Positions 27,073-40,449 of a stretch of 64,000 nucleotides of DNA are shown piece by piece. Both the position numbers and the translations under genes were made by a program. Source of the stretch: Raillietiella orientalis (Eukaryota). The notes under the pieces were generated by a model. It saw only the letters and a program-made list of their open reading frames with translations, searched no databases and was not told the DNA's origin. Location: the NCBI GenBank assembly GCA_036172245.1, contig JAYWIR010000046.1:1302001-1366000 (forward strand). Reading direction: 5' to 3'. Numbering within the stretch: position 1 is the stretch's first letter; each line of letters opens with the position of its first letter.

Positions 27073-27926
27073 CGTATAGTCCTCGCTTTACTAGAGTTCC
27101 TTTCTAACATCCCCGTCGTAAGTCAGAGGTCTTTAATTCTTGATTTGGTTGACTTTTATTATAACATTTTCATGACAGGTTTCTAATTAACTTAAAATGC
27201 ATAAAATTATTATAAATTATAAATTATTCGTTGAATTATTTATATGTAAATACACAAATATATATAAAATTAAGAAAGAAAAATTCAAGAAAAAAATACA
27301 CATATCGAAAATTTTAAACAAAAAACTTATTAACAGTGTTTAATTAGATGATTTTTTAATTTGAACGATATGGTTATTTTTCGCAATCGTAAATGGTTTT
27401 TTTAATCAAAAAATTAGTTAGTGTTGTCTGTTGTTTTTTTCTTTTTCCTTCATATATTTCGTGATAACATTTAATTGCTTCCTGAATTTACTTTTCGATG
27501 TGTTGATCAACATTTTCGAGTAGCTGAAGTAATGCTTTTAGTAGGAGTAGCCTTTTATAATAAATTTTTCAACAATTTCTCTTTTTCATCTTCCTCATTC
27601 TTTTTTCTTCCTCTTCTCTTTCGTTTGGGAAATTAATTAAGTCGTAATCAGTAAGTTCACCTTCTTCGTGCTCTACTAATTTTCTATGTCGGTAATATTG
27701 ATTTCTAATCAGCTTTTTTGCAATTTTCTTGATCTCCTCATCAATTTGTTCTAACATACTATGTTCATTGTACTCTTTGAGTGTCTGCTGAAGCAGTAAC
27801 TTCCAAATTCCTCGCATGCATTGTTCCAATACTTCATTCCTTGAAGTTCCAATGTTCTGGATACTTTGGTTGGGTTAGAGAATCGGCCGTCGTAAGTGCG
27901 AATGGTGTTAAGTCGAGGACTACCTA
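27073..27926 (-). mobile_element. Internally deleted Tigger/pogo DNA transposon with degenerate TIRs
   Basis: ORF 27569-27829 GIWKLL..EEIKKIAKKL..ELTDYDLI, then AIKCYHEIYEGK..QQTTLTNFL. Ends read inward TA|cgtatagtcctcgctttac (left) and TA|taggtagtcctcgacttaac (right, reverse complement). Subterminal ccgtcgtaagt at ~27113 and ~27886. AT-rich 3' region. Confidence 0.8.
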
Positions 27927-29749
27927 TATCTTTCCTTCCCTTCTATAGGAAAATGCTCTTCATTTCAACAAAGGGAAATCCATTCTAAAATATCGAGAAT
28001 GTTTAATTTATTGCTGGCAGACTCCCCCTTTTTCTCAAGAGATGCTAAACACTGCTCCTTTGCTTAACATTGTTTCTTAAGATCTGAACATCAGATGGCT
28101 GAAGGAAATTTTTTACAACTTACATACTGTTGATTAACCAAGAAAGGAATAATAAGGATTCCTTATCAGGAACAATAATAACCAAGAAACCTTTCCTTCC
28201 CTCAAATGCATGCAAAAATTTTGCACGAATATGAAATTTCTTTGCATTTGCTGGAATTTCAGTTACCTCTAATTCATCTTTCTCTTTATTTTTTCAAAGT
28301 TGCCAGACAATATTCGTATTTGTTTTGGAAAGAAAATGTCTACATGCTATGTAAAGAGACCTTCACATTTTATCCTTTCAGAAGTTTCAAAACTTCATTT
28401 TCTCTTGGTGCCTCACTGCGAGTTGATCCAAGTGTGCATCTGATCATGAAGGGGATTTACCTGTTCAGAGCAACGCAATATATTTAAAACCAGATTTTAT
28501 CGGAGTTATATAACTTTCGTCCGCATCACGGCTTTTGTGCTGGTGATGGCAAATGCATCTGATGGGTACGATTGAGTTAGCGAAAGATGCCATAAAGGAT
28601 TAAAAAGCATTATGCATTTAGCATTAGGAATCTGATTCACTCGACTCGCAGAGATGATCGATGACCTATTTTTTATCATCCAAAAACATCTTAGACAGGA
28701 AATGCTCGTCTTTCTTTCCTTTAGCATGCTATTTAGCCAGCAGATCTTACCTTCACTAGAACCATATTTTTTTACATAGAGCCTGATGGATAAAGTACAT
28801 CCACATATAAACTACTGTCAGTTAAATGATGCATTACATGCAACATCAGCTATTACAATTATGCATCGATACAGAGATCCAATATTTAGAAAAAAATGCA
28901 TCATTTTTGTGCATGGTACTTCCAGTACTGCTTTGGAAATAACAGACCGATCTTCCTGAGTGGGAAGACTGTCTTTCACATTTGGTACTAAACAGCAGAA
29001 TAATCACTTCTATATCTATTATAAGTATTACAATGTTGTCTGTGTACTCATCTGTTGCCTATAAGACACAGATAACCTTATCCATTGAATTTTTCAAGTT
29101 CTAAATAAACTCTGGTTCTGTGAGCTTTGAAGATACAGAACTCAGAATACAAGGTGGATAAAGTGAATAAGACAAAATAAGCTTCTATAATTCAAGTTTC
29201 TCAGCAACTTTTTCACTTTACAAGTTTTGAAGAAATCAGAATGTTAAACACGAATTTTATGGACATTCCCCGATTCTGCTCATTAAGAGAAAAAACAGTG
29301 ATTAGAGTTTATTCCAAGTAAGATTTTTTTTGTGTGTTTTTATGATTAGAAATGTATTTCTGGTATTGGAAACATCATTATGAAGACAGATCTAGATCCA
29401 TTATTCTTGCATCCATGGTGAGATTAGTAAATTTTTCCTCTAATTCTGAAGCAAAAAAAGAATTTGCTTTACGAAAATACTCGAGTTATGCAAACCATCA
29501 CGAATGTTGAATTTTCCCACGACTGATTAGCAGCAATTAAACAACAAAACACATGTCCATAAATTTTCTCCATGCAAGAATGGTAGAAGACAGAGAAATT
29601 CGGAAAATGAGTTTCTCACTGCTAACCGATAACTGTGCTGCTTCATCTGCAGCTACTGCTACATACGATTTAATCTTTTTGAACACTTCAAATAAGACAT
29701 GACTAAAGTGTTTGTTCTCCCCTTTATTTACATTATGGAGAAAAATTTC

Positions 29750-30330
29750 ACTTCAAAAAGTAACTGTTGTGCGGAGGTCATTTTGTGCTCGCTGAACACC
29801 CTGGATGAATCGAGTTGTCGAAACGAAAGTTAAAGAGGTTTTCGAGTTCGTTTGCCATCCGTGGAAATAGATAGAAGGAATTTCCAACTTGGCACATTGA
29901 ATGGAAATCAACGAGAAGGAAGCAGGTATTAATGAGTGCTGAAGGTGCATACGAATTAATGCATGCACGCCTAAGATCGTGAACAACCGAGAATTCAAAA
30001 GGCTGCTTCCTAAGGAAGAGAAATTGCAACAAATCAAATCATCCTTCCAACAAATCTTTACTCAACAAGGGACATGTGCGAGATTCTTTCGCTGAATTCA
30101 AAACCAGTTCTGTCAACTCCTTCTTCTTTGTCGCAAAGCAAACATTCTATGACCAAGAATTCCTAATTTCATAAGAAAATGAGGCACATTTGGGGATTGT
30201 AAATAACACTGTAAATCCGGAATCAGGAAAAACTTATTCATGATTCAATAAGGAAGTATTTGATCGCAAACATGCTGCAGAGGAAAAACGATGGAATGAA
30301 AGATAAACTGAAATTAGGTGAACTACATGG
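29750..30330 (+). mobile_element. BEL/Pao pre-RT / RT N-terminal fragment
   Basis: VCHPWK (~29850, cf. VxLPWK), YELMHARLRS (cf. NYxxAxxRLxS), LLNKGHV (~30060), KKMRHI (cf. TKLRxV). Confidence 0.5.
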
Positions 30331-30379
30331 TAGGTTTCATGGAGAAACAAACAATCCTTATTAAACTAAATCGATTAGC

Positions 30380-31287
30380 GGATATTTGGTCAAAGGGTTC
30401 TTGATATTTATTCTTGTCTGAAATGCCTACGTTTATAAACGTAGCCAAAGAACGTTTAGAAAACGTTCTTTGGTTATAATAGGAAGATTTCTTTGGGCTT
30501 AAAACTCGAGTATATAACAACGGAAAGTAGCACCCGTAAGTGTGTATCCATATCGTTTTGCCTTCTATCTATTCCTTTTTAGGATGCAAATGAAACTGTT
30601 GCGTATATTGTGGAGCATACAGAAGGAAATTTGGATGAACTAACACGTTATGTTGAGAGAGTGTGAGACTGTGGAAGGCGTGGCAGAGACGGAAGGCCAG
30701 AAGCGCCAAGATTCCCCATCAGAAACTTCTAATGTCTATGTATTAGTACTGAACGGCGATCACAGGACAAACAACGCATTAAAAGCAAATTTCAAAAGCT
30801 GGTGATAGTCTATCATCCTTCCATTTAGATATTTATTGAAATGTTAAAAGACGAACAGCAAAACAACGAACAAGTCACCCAGATTGTTAGCGGTCACCCT
30901 CAATACGGCTACCAATTTCACAACGATATCAACAAAATCAAACACCGAGATTTTCAACAGATATAACCAATATAAAGCTAATAATCAGGTTGACATATAC
31001 AAGTGCTCGTCGTTTTAGGAGCAAACTCCTCAACTTGGTGACAAGGAAGACCAAGAATGAAATAAAATCCGAAGTTTATTATGGAACACCATTAAAATTA
31101 GGTAAATAAAGTTTTATGAAATTAAATGCTATTTATGTATTGTTTATGTCTATCATTTATAAGCCATGATCCAAGTATGCTCATGGACCTGTTGGATAGG
31201 ATCAAATATCAAGGACCTTTTGTCGTGAACCAAATGTCCCAGTGGACTTTTTGGGCAGGATCAAATATCCTGCAAGGAACCAAATCC
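30380..31287 (+). mobile_element. Mutator-like (MULE) transposon remnant: transposase C-terminal half plus TIR remnants
   Basis: About 30480-31010: RKISLGLK..LDELTRYVERV..APRFP/..NVY..HRTNNA/..KFQKLV..HPSI*IFIEMLKDEQ (cf. RTNNxxE..HPSIWxFIxxLKxEQ). 30380-30413 is an imperfect reverse complement of 31199-31239, with repeated ggaccaaatgtcc-like units. Confidence 0.8.
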
Positions 31288-31289
31288 AA

Positions 31290-33120
31290 TACTGACTCTA
31301 TTATTAGATTTGGTTATTTTTTGACATCGATCTCATTGCCATCATTGTTATCAACATTCACATCATTTAACATCGTATAACTGGTCAGATTATACAAGCT
31401 TCTCTCTGAAATTGGAAAAGAAAGCCCGCCAACACATGGAGGCATTTGCGCAGAATTGGCAACATTTGTTCTTTCTTTAAATTCATCTTCAGTGTCAAAC
31501 TTATTCCCTGTTAAGCATCATTTGATTTTAGTGCATTCCCTTTTAATGGTCAAGTAATGCTAAGCAATAAAAAAGGCGTAAAACATTCCGTTTCATTTCA
31601 CTTTGGAGAGAATTTTTTTCTAGTATTCCATAATAGATTTCTAACATGTTTGTCGTGTTTTCTCTGCAAAAACTAAGAAACGCTCTCAGTGAGAATAAGT
31701 CTGGAATGGACAAAAATAATCACGAAAAATCACGAAAGATCACAAAAAATCCATTTCATAGGAATCTCCAGGCTGTCTGGAAACTTGCTTTGCCAACTCT
31801 TCATTATCCGTCCATAAGGACATTCTAAAACTGAAGCAGTCATTTCGTCGAATTATGATTAAAAATAACTCTGGCTATTGAGCCGGAAATTGTGAGCTTC
31901 CAAGCAATGATGATTTCCAGTATTTCTGCTGTCATTGAAAAACACATTTTATATTTCAGTTTCTAAATTTGGTAGAGGCAGTCGAATTGGCTGGGTTAAA
32001 AGATCGATATTTTAATGTATTTTCCAAATTCTTCAAATTCACATCCTTCTTTGAAGTATAATAAAAGAAGAGATCTTCGTAAGTTTTACGATTACGAATT
32101 TTTTTACTGATATATGTAACAAATAACGATTTATTGAGATAACGCTGTTCATTTTGAAACAAAGCTTCGGATGGATTCAGACATGAAAACGAGTTCATTT
32201 CTTATTTGCACTATCATGCAGTTAGATGTTAGACTTGATCCAGACTTTGCAAGTTAATTACTTCAGTTCCTACAGTATTTTGAAGCAGACAAAGCTCCCG
32301 CTCTCTATGAGACACTCAAGGCACTTTTTATTAACAGAATACTCTTAAAGGTATTTCAAGATAATCCAAACTCATTCTCAAGTTTTAGTGTATCAAGCGA
32401 AGCGTGTAACAGCCAATACAAAGTAGTAACAGAAGTAACAGAAGCTGTGTGTAAGAGCCAAATATAGATCCAGTGCAGTTCATTTGCAGAGTTTCTTGAT
32501 GAAAACTGCTTATTATTTTTCTCCTAAAATATGATGTCATATACGGGCAAATCCTTCTTTTCCTCAAAATGGCTGCTGGATATCGTAAATTGGATCTTTT
32601 TCAATTCATTCAAATGTGTCTTGCAAAGAAGGCACAATTCTAATAATAAGGCAGATAGAAATCACAACATTAGTATTTGGAAAACCAAGAAAAACAGTGT
32701 TTTTTGAAGCTACATGATCTTTCCCTCTAATTAAAAATGAATGTCTCGAGAGTCCAAATTCCGTCGTGAATGTTGGACACTTGAAGGAAAACAATTTTGC
32801 TGAAATCATGTGATGGAAACTAACATTAAATGGATTACAGAGGTTCTATTTTTCTTCTAGAAGAGCCTGATAATAGACGCGTTGGAAATTTAGAGAATGT
32901 TTGTTTTTTAAGACTGTGTGCAATAACAACTCCATATTGTATGCTGACCTTCGGACTTTTATAAGACTTACAAGCATTGATATCTATATAATAACGAGTT
33001 TTCTCATGAGCGCCTTGTCCAAGCTTCCAAAGAATATCCATCTCATCAAAAATATCTTAGTGATCTTATGGCAGATTCTTTTAATTCACATTAAGGATTG
33101 TGTTCATTCTAAATAATGCA
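31290..33120 (-). mobile_element. Decayed BEL/Pao RT-end, RNase H, integrase-N, truncated at the MULE
   Basis: GIWTLETFIF (cf. LGxxWxxxxDxF), NELHW (~32480), FVTYISKKI, YRSFNPANS (~32000, cf. YVxSxxNPAD), PYGRI, SIMEY*KK, AQMPP. Confidence 0.55.
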
Positions 33121-33399
33121 CTTTTGATAGAACAGTGAAGAAAGAGATGCTGCAAGAGACCGTTTGAAATCAAAGCAAAGATGAAACGGAAAAAATATAT
33201 ATATAATCATCCCTTTCCACGTCTAAGAAAAGCAACTGAATTGAATTAGATTTCATCAATGCACCTTTTTTTCTCAGAGGCTTATAAAAGGCTGTAAGAT
33301 TTTTATAAAGATTTCATTTGTCCTTAGAGGAGCTCCTCCATCTTTTGTGATCCCAATCGCTAGCAAACATGCTCTTGGAAAATATTTTACTTTTTATAA

Positions 33400-36300
33400 T
33401 TAAATTCTTCCGAGCAAATGAATCAAAACTATCATTTTATTACGAGAAATCAGTATTATTACATGGACAGGAAGGAAAAATTCGAAACCACTTTTTACAG
33501 AAAGATGAGCGCAAGGAAAGAAACTGAGGTAATACTGGATAAAACCAAAAACATTGATTGTACCATGGTAACCACAAACATTACAATTTTGTGCTATTGC
33601 TCAAACCAAAACAAAAGAGACAGGAACGGACTGTATTCGTGAAATTCTGATGAAAGCGAGTTCTGATCAAGCAGAATCAGTCTCGAATTTTCCATCCTTC
33701 ACAAGGCGAAAATTGCATAGACAGATGGAGGATTTATGAGTATTCTAAGGAACAGAATCAATAAAGATCGTCACTTAGTCCTGTTGCTTGGGAAAATTGG
33801 CAAAAATGTCGACGCATCAGTGCGCTGAGCCATAGCTCGCTGATAGTATGAGCTGCTGCTAGATAGCTGCTTGTATCATTATGATTGATGGTTTTCACAT
33901 AGAAAATTCGATCGTGAAGAAGCAACACGGATCGGAGGAATCGAAAGTAATGAATGCTGCTGATCGTGGAGTTACGAGCGGAAGGTGAATGCAGCGTAGA
34001 GGGAGGTTTAGATAATCGAATTTAAGGAACGGCGAAGATCACCCTGTGCTAAATGCAGCAATTCAGGAAGGAAATAGCAATTCTTTAACATCAAACACTT
34101 GTGAAGCATGTACTGGATGCACTATTAGATCACAACCTTGGAGAAGGATGGGTTAGAGAGGATGACGGTACGGTCATTTGTATCCACTTTCATAAAGAGT
34201 CATCTATCTCTGTAAGCATGCAACAAATGAAAGCCAATGATTCTCTTCATATAACGGCAAGAAAGAATGGAACAGACTCAACCATGATAGAAAAACTCCA
34301 AACTAATGCATCGTGGCTGAGAGCAAACCAGGAATGAGCTTGCCAGCTGCGTGTAGATGAAACCAATACCCCACAACATATCCCATGGCAATATCATAAG
34401 TACAACCAACGTTTCGGAGCACGGCGAAATTGGCAATGCTCTAGAATCGTCTTTGACTGCTGCACTGAAACGTCCTGCAAGCTCTTTATGTGGGAAATGA
34501 AGGTACTGAATGCTGCGGAGAGCAGAAACCATCCACAAGGAGAATGATCGCGGAGTTTATCGCACAGTCTCAGGGCATTGAATCGTTTCGCTTCTTCATT
34601 TAGGTCATTCATTGAGTTAAGGCACACTGGTAGTGATAATGAAACGTTTCAATCAAAGGTACCTGTTTGGGTTGTTTAAACATGCCCTTTCAGAAGATGC
34701 ATCAAGAAAGAGCAATACAAGACAGTTGCTACAAAGATGCGAATTGAGTAGCTCACATCTGGTTAGTTGAAAGTGTTCCTTTCAAATCTCATCCATCGAA
34801 AACGTAACTCCTCTTGTTCCACGAGGTGAAACCCACTGGTGCGTTTATACTGAGCGATGAGTATGCACCACTGATAACCGTGTGATAGATGAACGTAAGA
34901 GAGCAAATGGCTTAGTTGCGAGGTGAAATGAGCAAAAGTGGCTGAACATTAGAAGAGAGAACAGTAGAAGCCAAATAAATGATGCAGAAAATTCAGAGAT
35001 TATTCTGCTTCTTGCAGATTCAAACTCCTTAGAAAGAACTCAAATGAAAATCAATTCTCATCCTCAAAAATCTGGAGGATGATTCGCTCCCGTAAGTTTA
35101 GGCCTTCCGATCTTGAAGGATTATCTTGGATAAGAGAACATGAAAGGAAAGGCATAGCGGTTCGAGGCCTTCTTGAATCTACACAGTGCAGGTTGTCTGT
35201 AACGCGTCTCTTCTGACGAGGTCCCCCTCTGTAAACCTCGCTAGAAGCCGAACGCTGAATCATTGTTTTTTTTTGAAGTTTTGGAATAATACAGTATTGC
35301 TTGTTTATCGTATCTTATTGATAGCAATAAACGTCCTCTTGATGGTGAGACACTATTTATCCCTTTAGCAACAAAAGATCAAGTAGGAATGCTCATTCAT
35401 TAAGTTCAAAAATCATCGAGGATAGAATTCAGTCCGGTTTGATCCGTGCTCGAAGACCAGCATTCTGCAATGTCCCCTCCTTCATTGATTAAAATAACTT
35501 AGATTGCTGACTTCATTTAAGACAAGTTTGATGATGAACGTCCTCATAAATACATCATAAAGCTTGTTGAGTATTGTAATCAGAGCTTGATGTGATTTTT
35601 TCCAATCCCATATCTGTTGACCTCTGGATGAGAATGAACAGGGAGCGTTCCCCAGATCCTAGCCAACATTTCTTGTAGGAGATCTTGCATACAAGTAATC
35701 AGTGACTTCTCCCTAACAATGACTAAGTAATTTTGATTATTGATTTAACTACTAAAACGACTAGGAAGCTTTGATGATACCTTAAGATGAAGCATTTTTC
35801 ATGAGGTGTTAATTAAGTTTTAGGTAGCGAAATAACACTTTCCAGTTCCATGTTCACATTCAGGTTTCTTGATTAGAAAGAATTAAGGAATAAAACCGTC
35901 TTCTCGTTTGAAACTAAATAGAGAGCATCAGGAAGATGAAAGCACTGATTTTTCTCATTTCTTTCCTCACTCGAAATGAGGAAAGAAATGCTTAATCAGG
36001 AATGATATAAAACTGCAAAAAAAGGCCGTCTAGAGGGAAAGATACGGTGCGTCGGACCACTGTTCCAGGTTCTCATTTCACTTCGTTTCTTCTCATTGTT
36101 CACATAGCAGTGTAGTGTCAAGAATTTTTCTTTGCATCTGAGAATAGGACGAAAAATTCGAGTTATTTTTTGCTAAGGCATTCCTCAAATTTGCCATGGT
36201 AACAACACTGATGATATTGGGGAAAGAGGTCTACTAAGAACACTTGTCATGCATTAGCTCAATGAAGACATCACTCATCCATTATTGAAATCACAGAAAC

Positions 36301-36560
36301 CAATGGTTGACTCTGATGTCTCAAGAAAATCGAAGGCAACCTCAAGCAAACATCCATTCTTGCTTGTAATTACAAGCATAAACGTGTATATTGGAAAGAG
36401 GGATTTCATGTTGAAAATACGGACTTCGAGGAATACCTGCAGAGTTGGAAGATGGCAAAAGTTGAAATTTGGAACAGTCTGCATTTCATTGGTTTAGCCC
36501 ATGAATTGGTCTTATCAGAATCACGCATTGAATTAGAAAAGAGAGAACTATATTGAAACG
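33400..36560 (+). mobile_element. Decayed, deleted BEL/Pao gag-protease-RT through DUF5641-like tail
   Basis: SPCAKC (~34040), RIVFDCCTETS (~34445, protease), VVCNAS..TLNHCF (~35190-35270, cf. VFDAS..SLNxCL), HY*NHRNQWL, QSWKMAKV (~36440, cf. PRxxWKxAKV). Confidence 0.6.
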
Positions 36561-36599
36561 ATATCCTGCAAAGTAAATCAATGGCACAATGATCGTAGA

Positions 36600-37250
36600 A
36601 ACTTCAGTTTGGTTTAAAATGACATTTAAAATAAATCATGGGATTGTGGCATGTTTGAGCTCATAAACAGGACTTTCTATTTATTTCAAAAGGAAAGTGT
36701 AGAGTTCGAAATGAAAGCCCTTTCGTGCTATTCTGCTTGAAAACTTGGCGATATTTTTTTTTCGGATACTGATCAAAAATGTGTCCATGATAAACCAACC
36801 ACGAATCTCCCAGTGCTTTCATCATCACCAGCGTTGAGTTATTCGAAGTGATTCAAAGTGGCATAGGTGCAGTTGCGGATTTGATTAAATTGCTCATAAC
36901 TGCAGTCATCTGCTGCTGTCACCGCAAAATTTATTTGGATTACTGCAAAGAAAAACTTTTTTAATCATTTCTTCTTTTCTATGGAATTTTATTTGATTTC
37001 AAAGTTCACGTACATTGTAGCCAATTTGTGAATGTTATATCAGAAAGTACGAATTATATAAAACAATTTTACGTGAAAGATTTGTCTTATCGAACTGTAT
37101 TCATCAACTGATGCAGCAGTCCACCTTGATGGGAATGTTGGGAAGACACCTTTCAAACAAGTCCGCCGAGGCTCCAAATAAATTTCAGAGGTAAAGTGCA
37201 GCCAAACAGACCCGTGGAATTTCAACTTATTTGGACTGTTTATACTTTGT
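36600..37250 (+). pseudogene. Possible envelope-like remnant
   Basis: Directly downstream of the integrase tail: KALSCY, LNCS*LQSS..KFIW, IHQLMQQSTLMGMLGR, EVKCSQT. Very degraded. Confidence 0.3.
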
Positions 37251-37899
37251 TTTCGAACACACCGACTTTAAAGTTATCTCTCTTTGAAACTTGTTTGTAT
37301 ATTTTCTTTATTTTAATTATTAATAACATAAGTACATCAGAGTTGCGATCCTAAACTGTAAAATCACATTTTAAAGGATGGTGCTTAAACGTTTTAAGAC
37401 AATCAACAGGGCTCATTTCGACCTCAGAAACGAAATCCTCAAGGAGTTTAGGTGCTAAGGAAACAGCAATCATAAATTCAGTTTAGTAGTTTACTGAAAT
37501 CACCTCATATGAAGAAGAAAGAAACAAGGTATCTAGGTCGACTGTTTGTTTCTGTCGGACGGATCTTGCAGCTTCGTCACGCACAGAACGAGCGGATTTC
37601 ATGAAATGGCTAATTCTAATTATCCCATAATGCATTTATCTTATCTTGTACCAGAGTTTTCTCGTGAAACGAACATGAAAGCAATTTCTTATGCCGCCTT
37701 AGAATTAAAAAGACTGTAAACTACCACAGTCTAAGATTCTTATCTTAGGATCTCTTTATGATCGAGGAATCTTTCATAATCTTTCTTAATATCTGATCGA
37801 TTCAATTGATATAAGAGGAGCAATGGTTGAAGTCGATTTCTAATACATATCCATATTATTCTATTATTAATTTGTGCAGAGTCACCTGAATGCTTTAAA

Positions 37900-40300
37900 A
37901 TTCGTTTTGAATTTCAGATCATTCTTCCAAACGAAAATTGCGAAACCATGATCTTAAAAAGCGAAGATTACTTATTGTCCTAGAAGCGCCGAAAATAATA
38001 CTGCTAAATCTTTTGAACTCAAATGAATATTGCACCTAACGACGATAGGATGTGACAAAATCGAGAATGCCATTTGAAAGAGAACTTGAATAGTTATGCA
38101 CGAATGTTCGCCCTTGAGACACACAGGAATCACTTTCCTGGTGTATCACTGTCGCCATCATCTTAGGGAAAATGTAGTACATGTGTGGATTCCGATCCAA
38201 TATTTCTTTGCAAACCTATTGATCCGTTTGATACAGTTCCCATATTTTCGGTGAATGGAGCCTGTGGCTCGTAACATTCACAGCCCTGGAATAGCAAATT
38301 TGCACGGCACGTGGCTCCAGGAGTGTTCCAGCGTGGAAACTTTGAAAATCGAAAAAAAATTCCGCTTTCCAAAATGTTGATCGGCTTATGCAAAGAACAC
38401 ATGTGAAGCAAAAATTTCTCATTTAAGGTTGAAATGAGAAAGCATGGTTTTCGATTCCCCCACAGTAAGATCGCATGATTAGCAGCTTCCCTCAAAAAAA
38501 CGTGGGTAAATGAACATGTTTCATGACTCCAAAGCAGGATAATCCTTAATTATTTCCTATGCAGATTCAGCCTAACTAAAATCATGGACCTCTTAGAATA
38601 AGTAGGTGACTTCCTTTTTTGCGTTCAAGAGAACGTAACAGGCAGTGTTTCTTTTGCTGTAGGTGAGCTCCGTCGCTTTGTCCCTAGCAACTCCCGGTCC
38701 CAGCAGTCGCAAGTTTATGCAATTCATTGCTTGATTTTCATAGTCGACAGCGATCTCCAGTGAAATCCACGTTTTTAGAAAAATCTTCTGGACATCAGCG
38801 AAAGCATTACTTGGCCTTGAGATGGCGGGCAACTTTCTCAGAATTTCGTTGCAATCTACAACTAGGTATCATCTTTTTGGTGTAACGGCGGCAGACTCCA
38901 CATACGAAGCTGGCCTTTCAAACTGTTGTAAAACACTATTGCCGGGCACTATGAACTCAAAGAGTTTCACAGAGAATCTTGCACTTCGAGGCGCTGATTC
39001 AGGGACTTTAGAGGCATTCAAAGAATACACCTCGGAACGATTGTAAACTGCGAAGGGATATGTCTGCATGTGTCGGCTAAAGGAAAGCACTCGATATAAA
39101 GATACCAAAAAACGGCCACCGTTGAAACGGTAAGCGAGTTTGCAGCCACTCTTCGAGTGCCCCAAATGCCGTTGGATTTGCTTCGTGAATCTACTAGTAC
39201 TCTTTTTCTTCCCATGGAAATTTCGTTTCCTGAAATGCGGAATATCGCTCCTTGCCTCTTTTACAAATCGCTACGTATGTTTATTGAGGAGAGCATGCTG
39301 CTTCGAACCATAAAAATAGGCAGTATGGAGTCCTTCGAAACTATTTTCCCTTTTTATGGATGTCCAAATTTTCTCTTTGGAAAGTCCTCTCTTTTTGTTA
39401 CCCATGGAATTCTGTACTCAGTAGAGATTTCTCTCTTTCTTTCTCTCTCTCTTGTGCTTTTATTGCACTTGCATGTGGCTAGAAGTATTTCGAATCTAAC
39501 CACAGAAAATCGCATCTGGACTAATCATTTTAAAAGCCTTGAATGGATTCCTCAATGGTTTCCATAGATTAGTGACGTTTCCGTTTCCTAATGCGAGACA
39601 GTCTTTCCTGTTCCGACCCAGTGAAGCAGCCCAAATAAGGAAAATGATCGCACATTGCGCTACATTCTCCTCATAATTTTGAGTCAAAAAGCTTTCTCCT
39701 GTTTTTAGAAACGGTACTGGGCGTTTTTGAGCTCAAAACACAAACAAAAAAAACTGTGAGGGGACGTCTTCGTTACGAACCTTGGTAATTCATTACTTCC
39801 TTCAGCACTGAGAGAACAGTTTAGAAGATGGATGCTAATAAAGATTCATTGTAGATAAGAGCTCTTTCGACAGGAACTCAAAATCGGTCGTGTTGAGAGA
39901 CGCTTCAAATCGCGCAATCTGCAAAAGTTGCGTACAATTGCTCTTGATCTCCGATGTCGCAAATGGCATCTCAAAGGAAACCCACTGCTTCACAAAAATT
40001 CTCTTCTGTTCAAACTTCATTTTTTTGCTCCTGGGGACGCTTCAACCTCCTGCAAATAGTTTCTCATAATTGCTTTGGAGGTTTCTAATTGGAGCACTTA
40101 CTATTTGGTTCAATTGACTCGGTGCAATTGATGAAATCGATGAAGTGTATTTATGGTGCTGCTCTCGGATGGGTGAGCCTGTGCCTTCGAAAGTACTCGA
40201 GATTAATTGATTTATTAAACCACCGACTATCAGATCACTTTTCATAAATTAACTTGAAGCTTTACGTTTCATAGTCACAACTAGAAAACTGCAGCTTGGA
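37900..40300 (-). mobile_element. Decayed BEL/Pao gag-RT
   Basis: STFEG and SNYEK..KFEQKRIFV (gag, 40245-39835), KFPWEEK (~39215), AFADVQKIFLK (~38800, cf. ADIEKAFLQ), NILESGIFFRFSKF. Confidence 0.65.
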
Positions 40301-40449
40301 AAATTAAGAGAGATTCAGCGCTTGGAAGGAAATCTCGATAAAGAATAACTAAAGGCATTTTATATTGGATGCTGCAGCTTTTCGACACAAAAAAATGAAG
40401 ATGGAAGAAATGTTCAACGCAACTTTAACTATTCCAGCTCAGGAAAAAA

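Larger units (their letters stand above)
23231..29000 (-). mobile_element. Decayed env-bearing BEL/Pao element (protease end, RT, RNase H, integrase, linker, env-like), interrupted by a Tigger insertion
   Basis: Ordered motifs: CLRCFWM (~28690), GTKRK*SFETS (~28400), IDCSIIL (~26550), LHAGFEG (~26065), VLETVS, IPLKLLSD (~25590), SI*RWNP (~25455), LTRHSAKL (~24795), then a Cys-rich env-like segment at 23981-23231. Confidence 0.65.
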
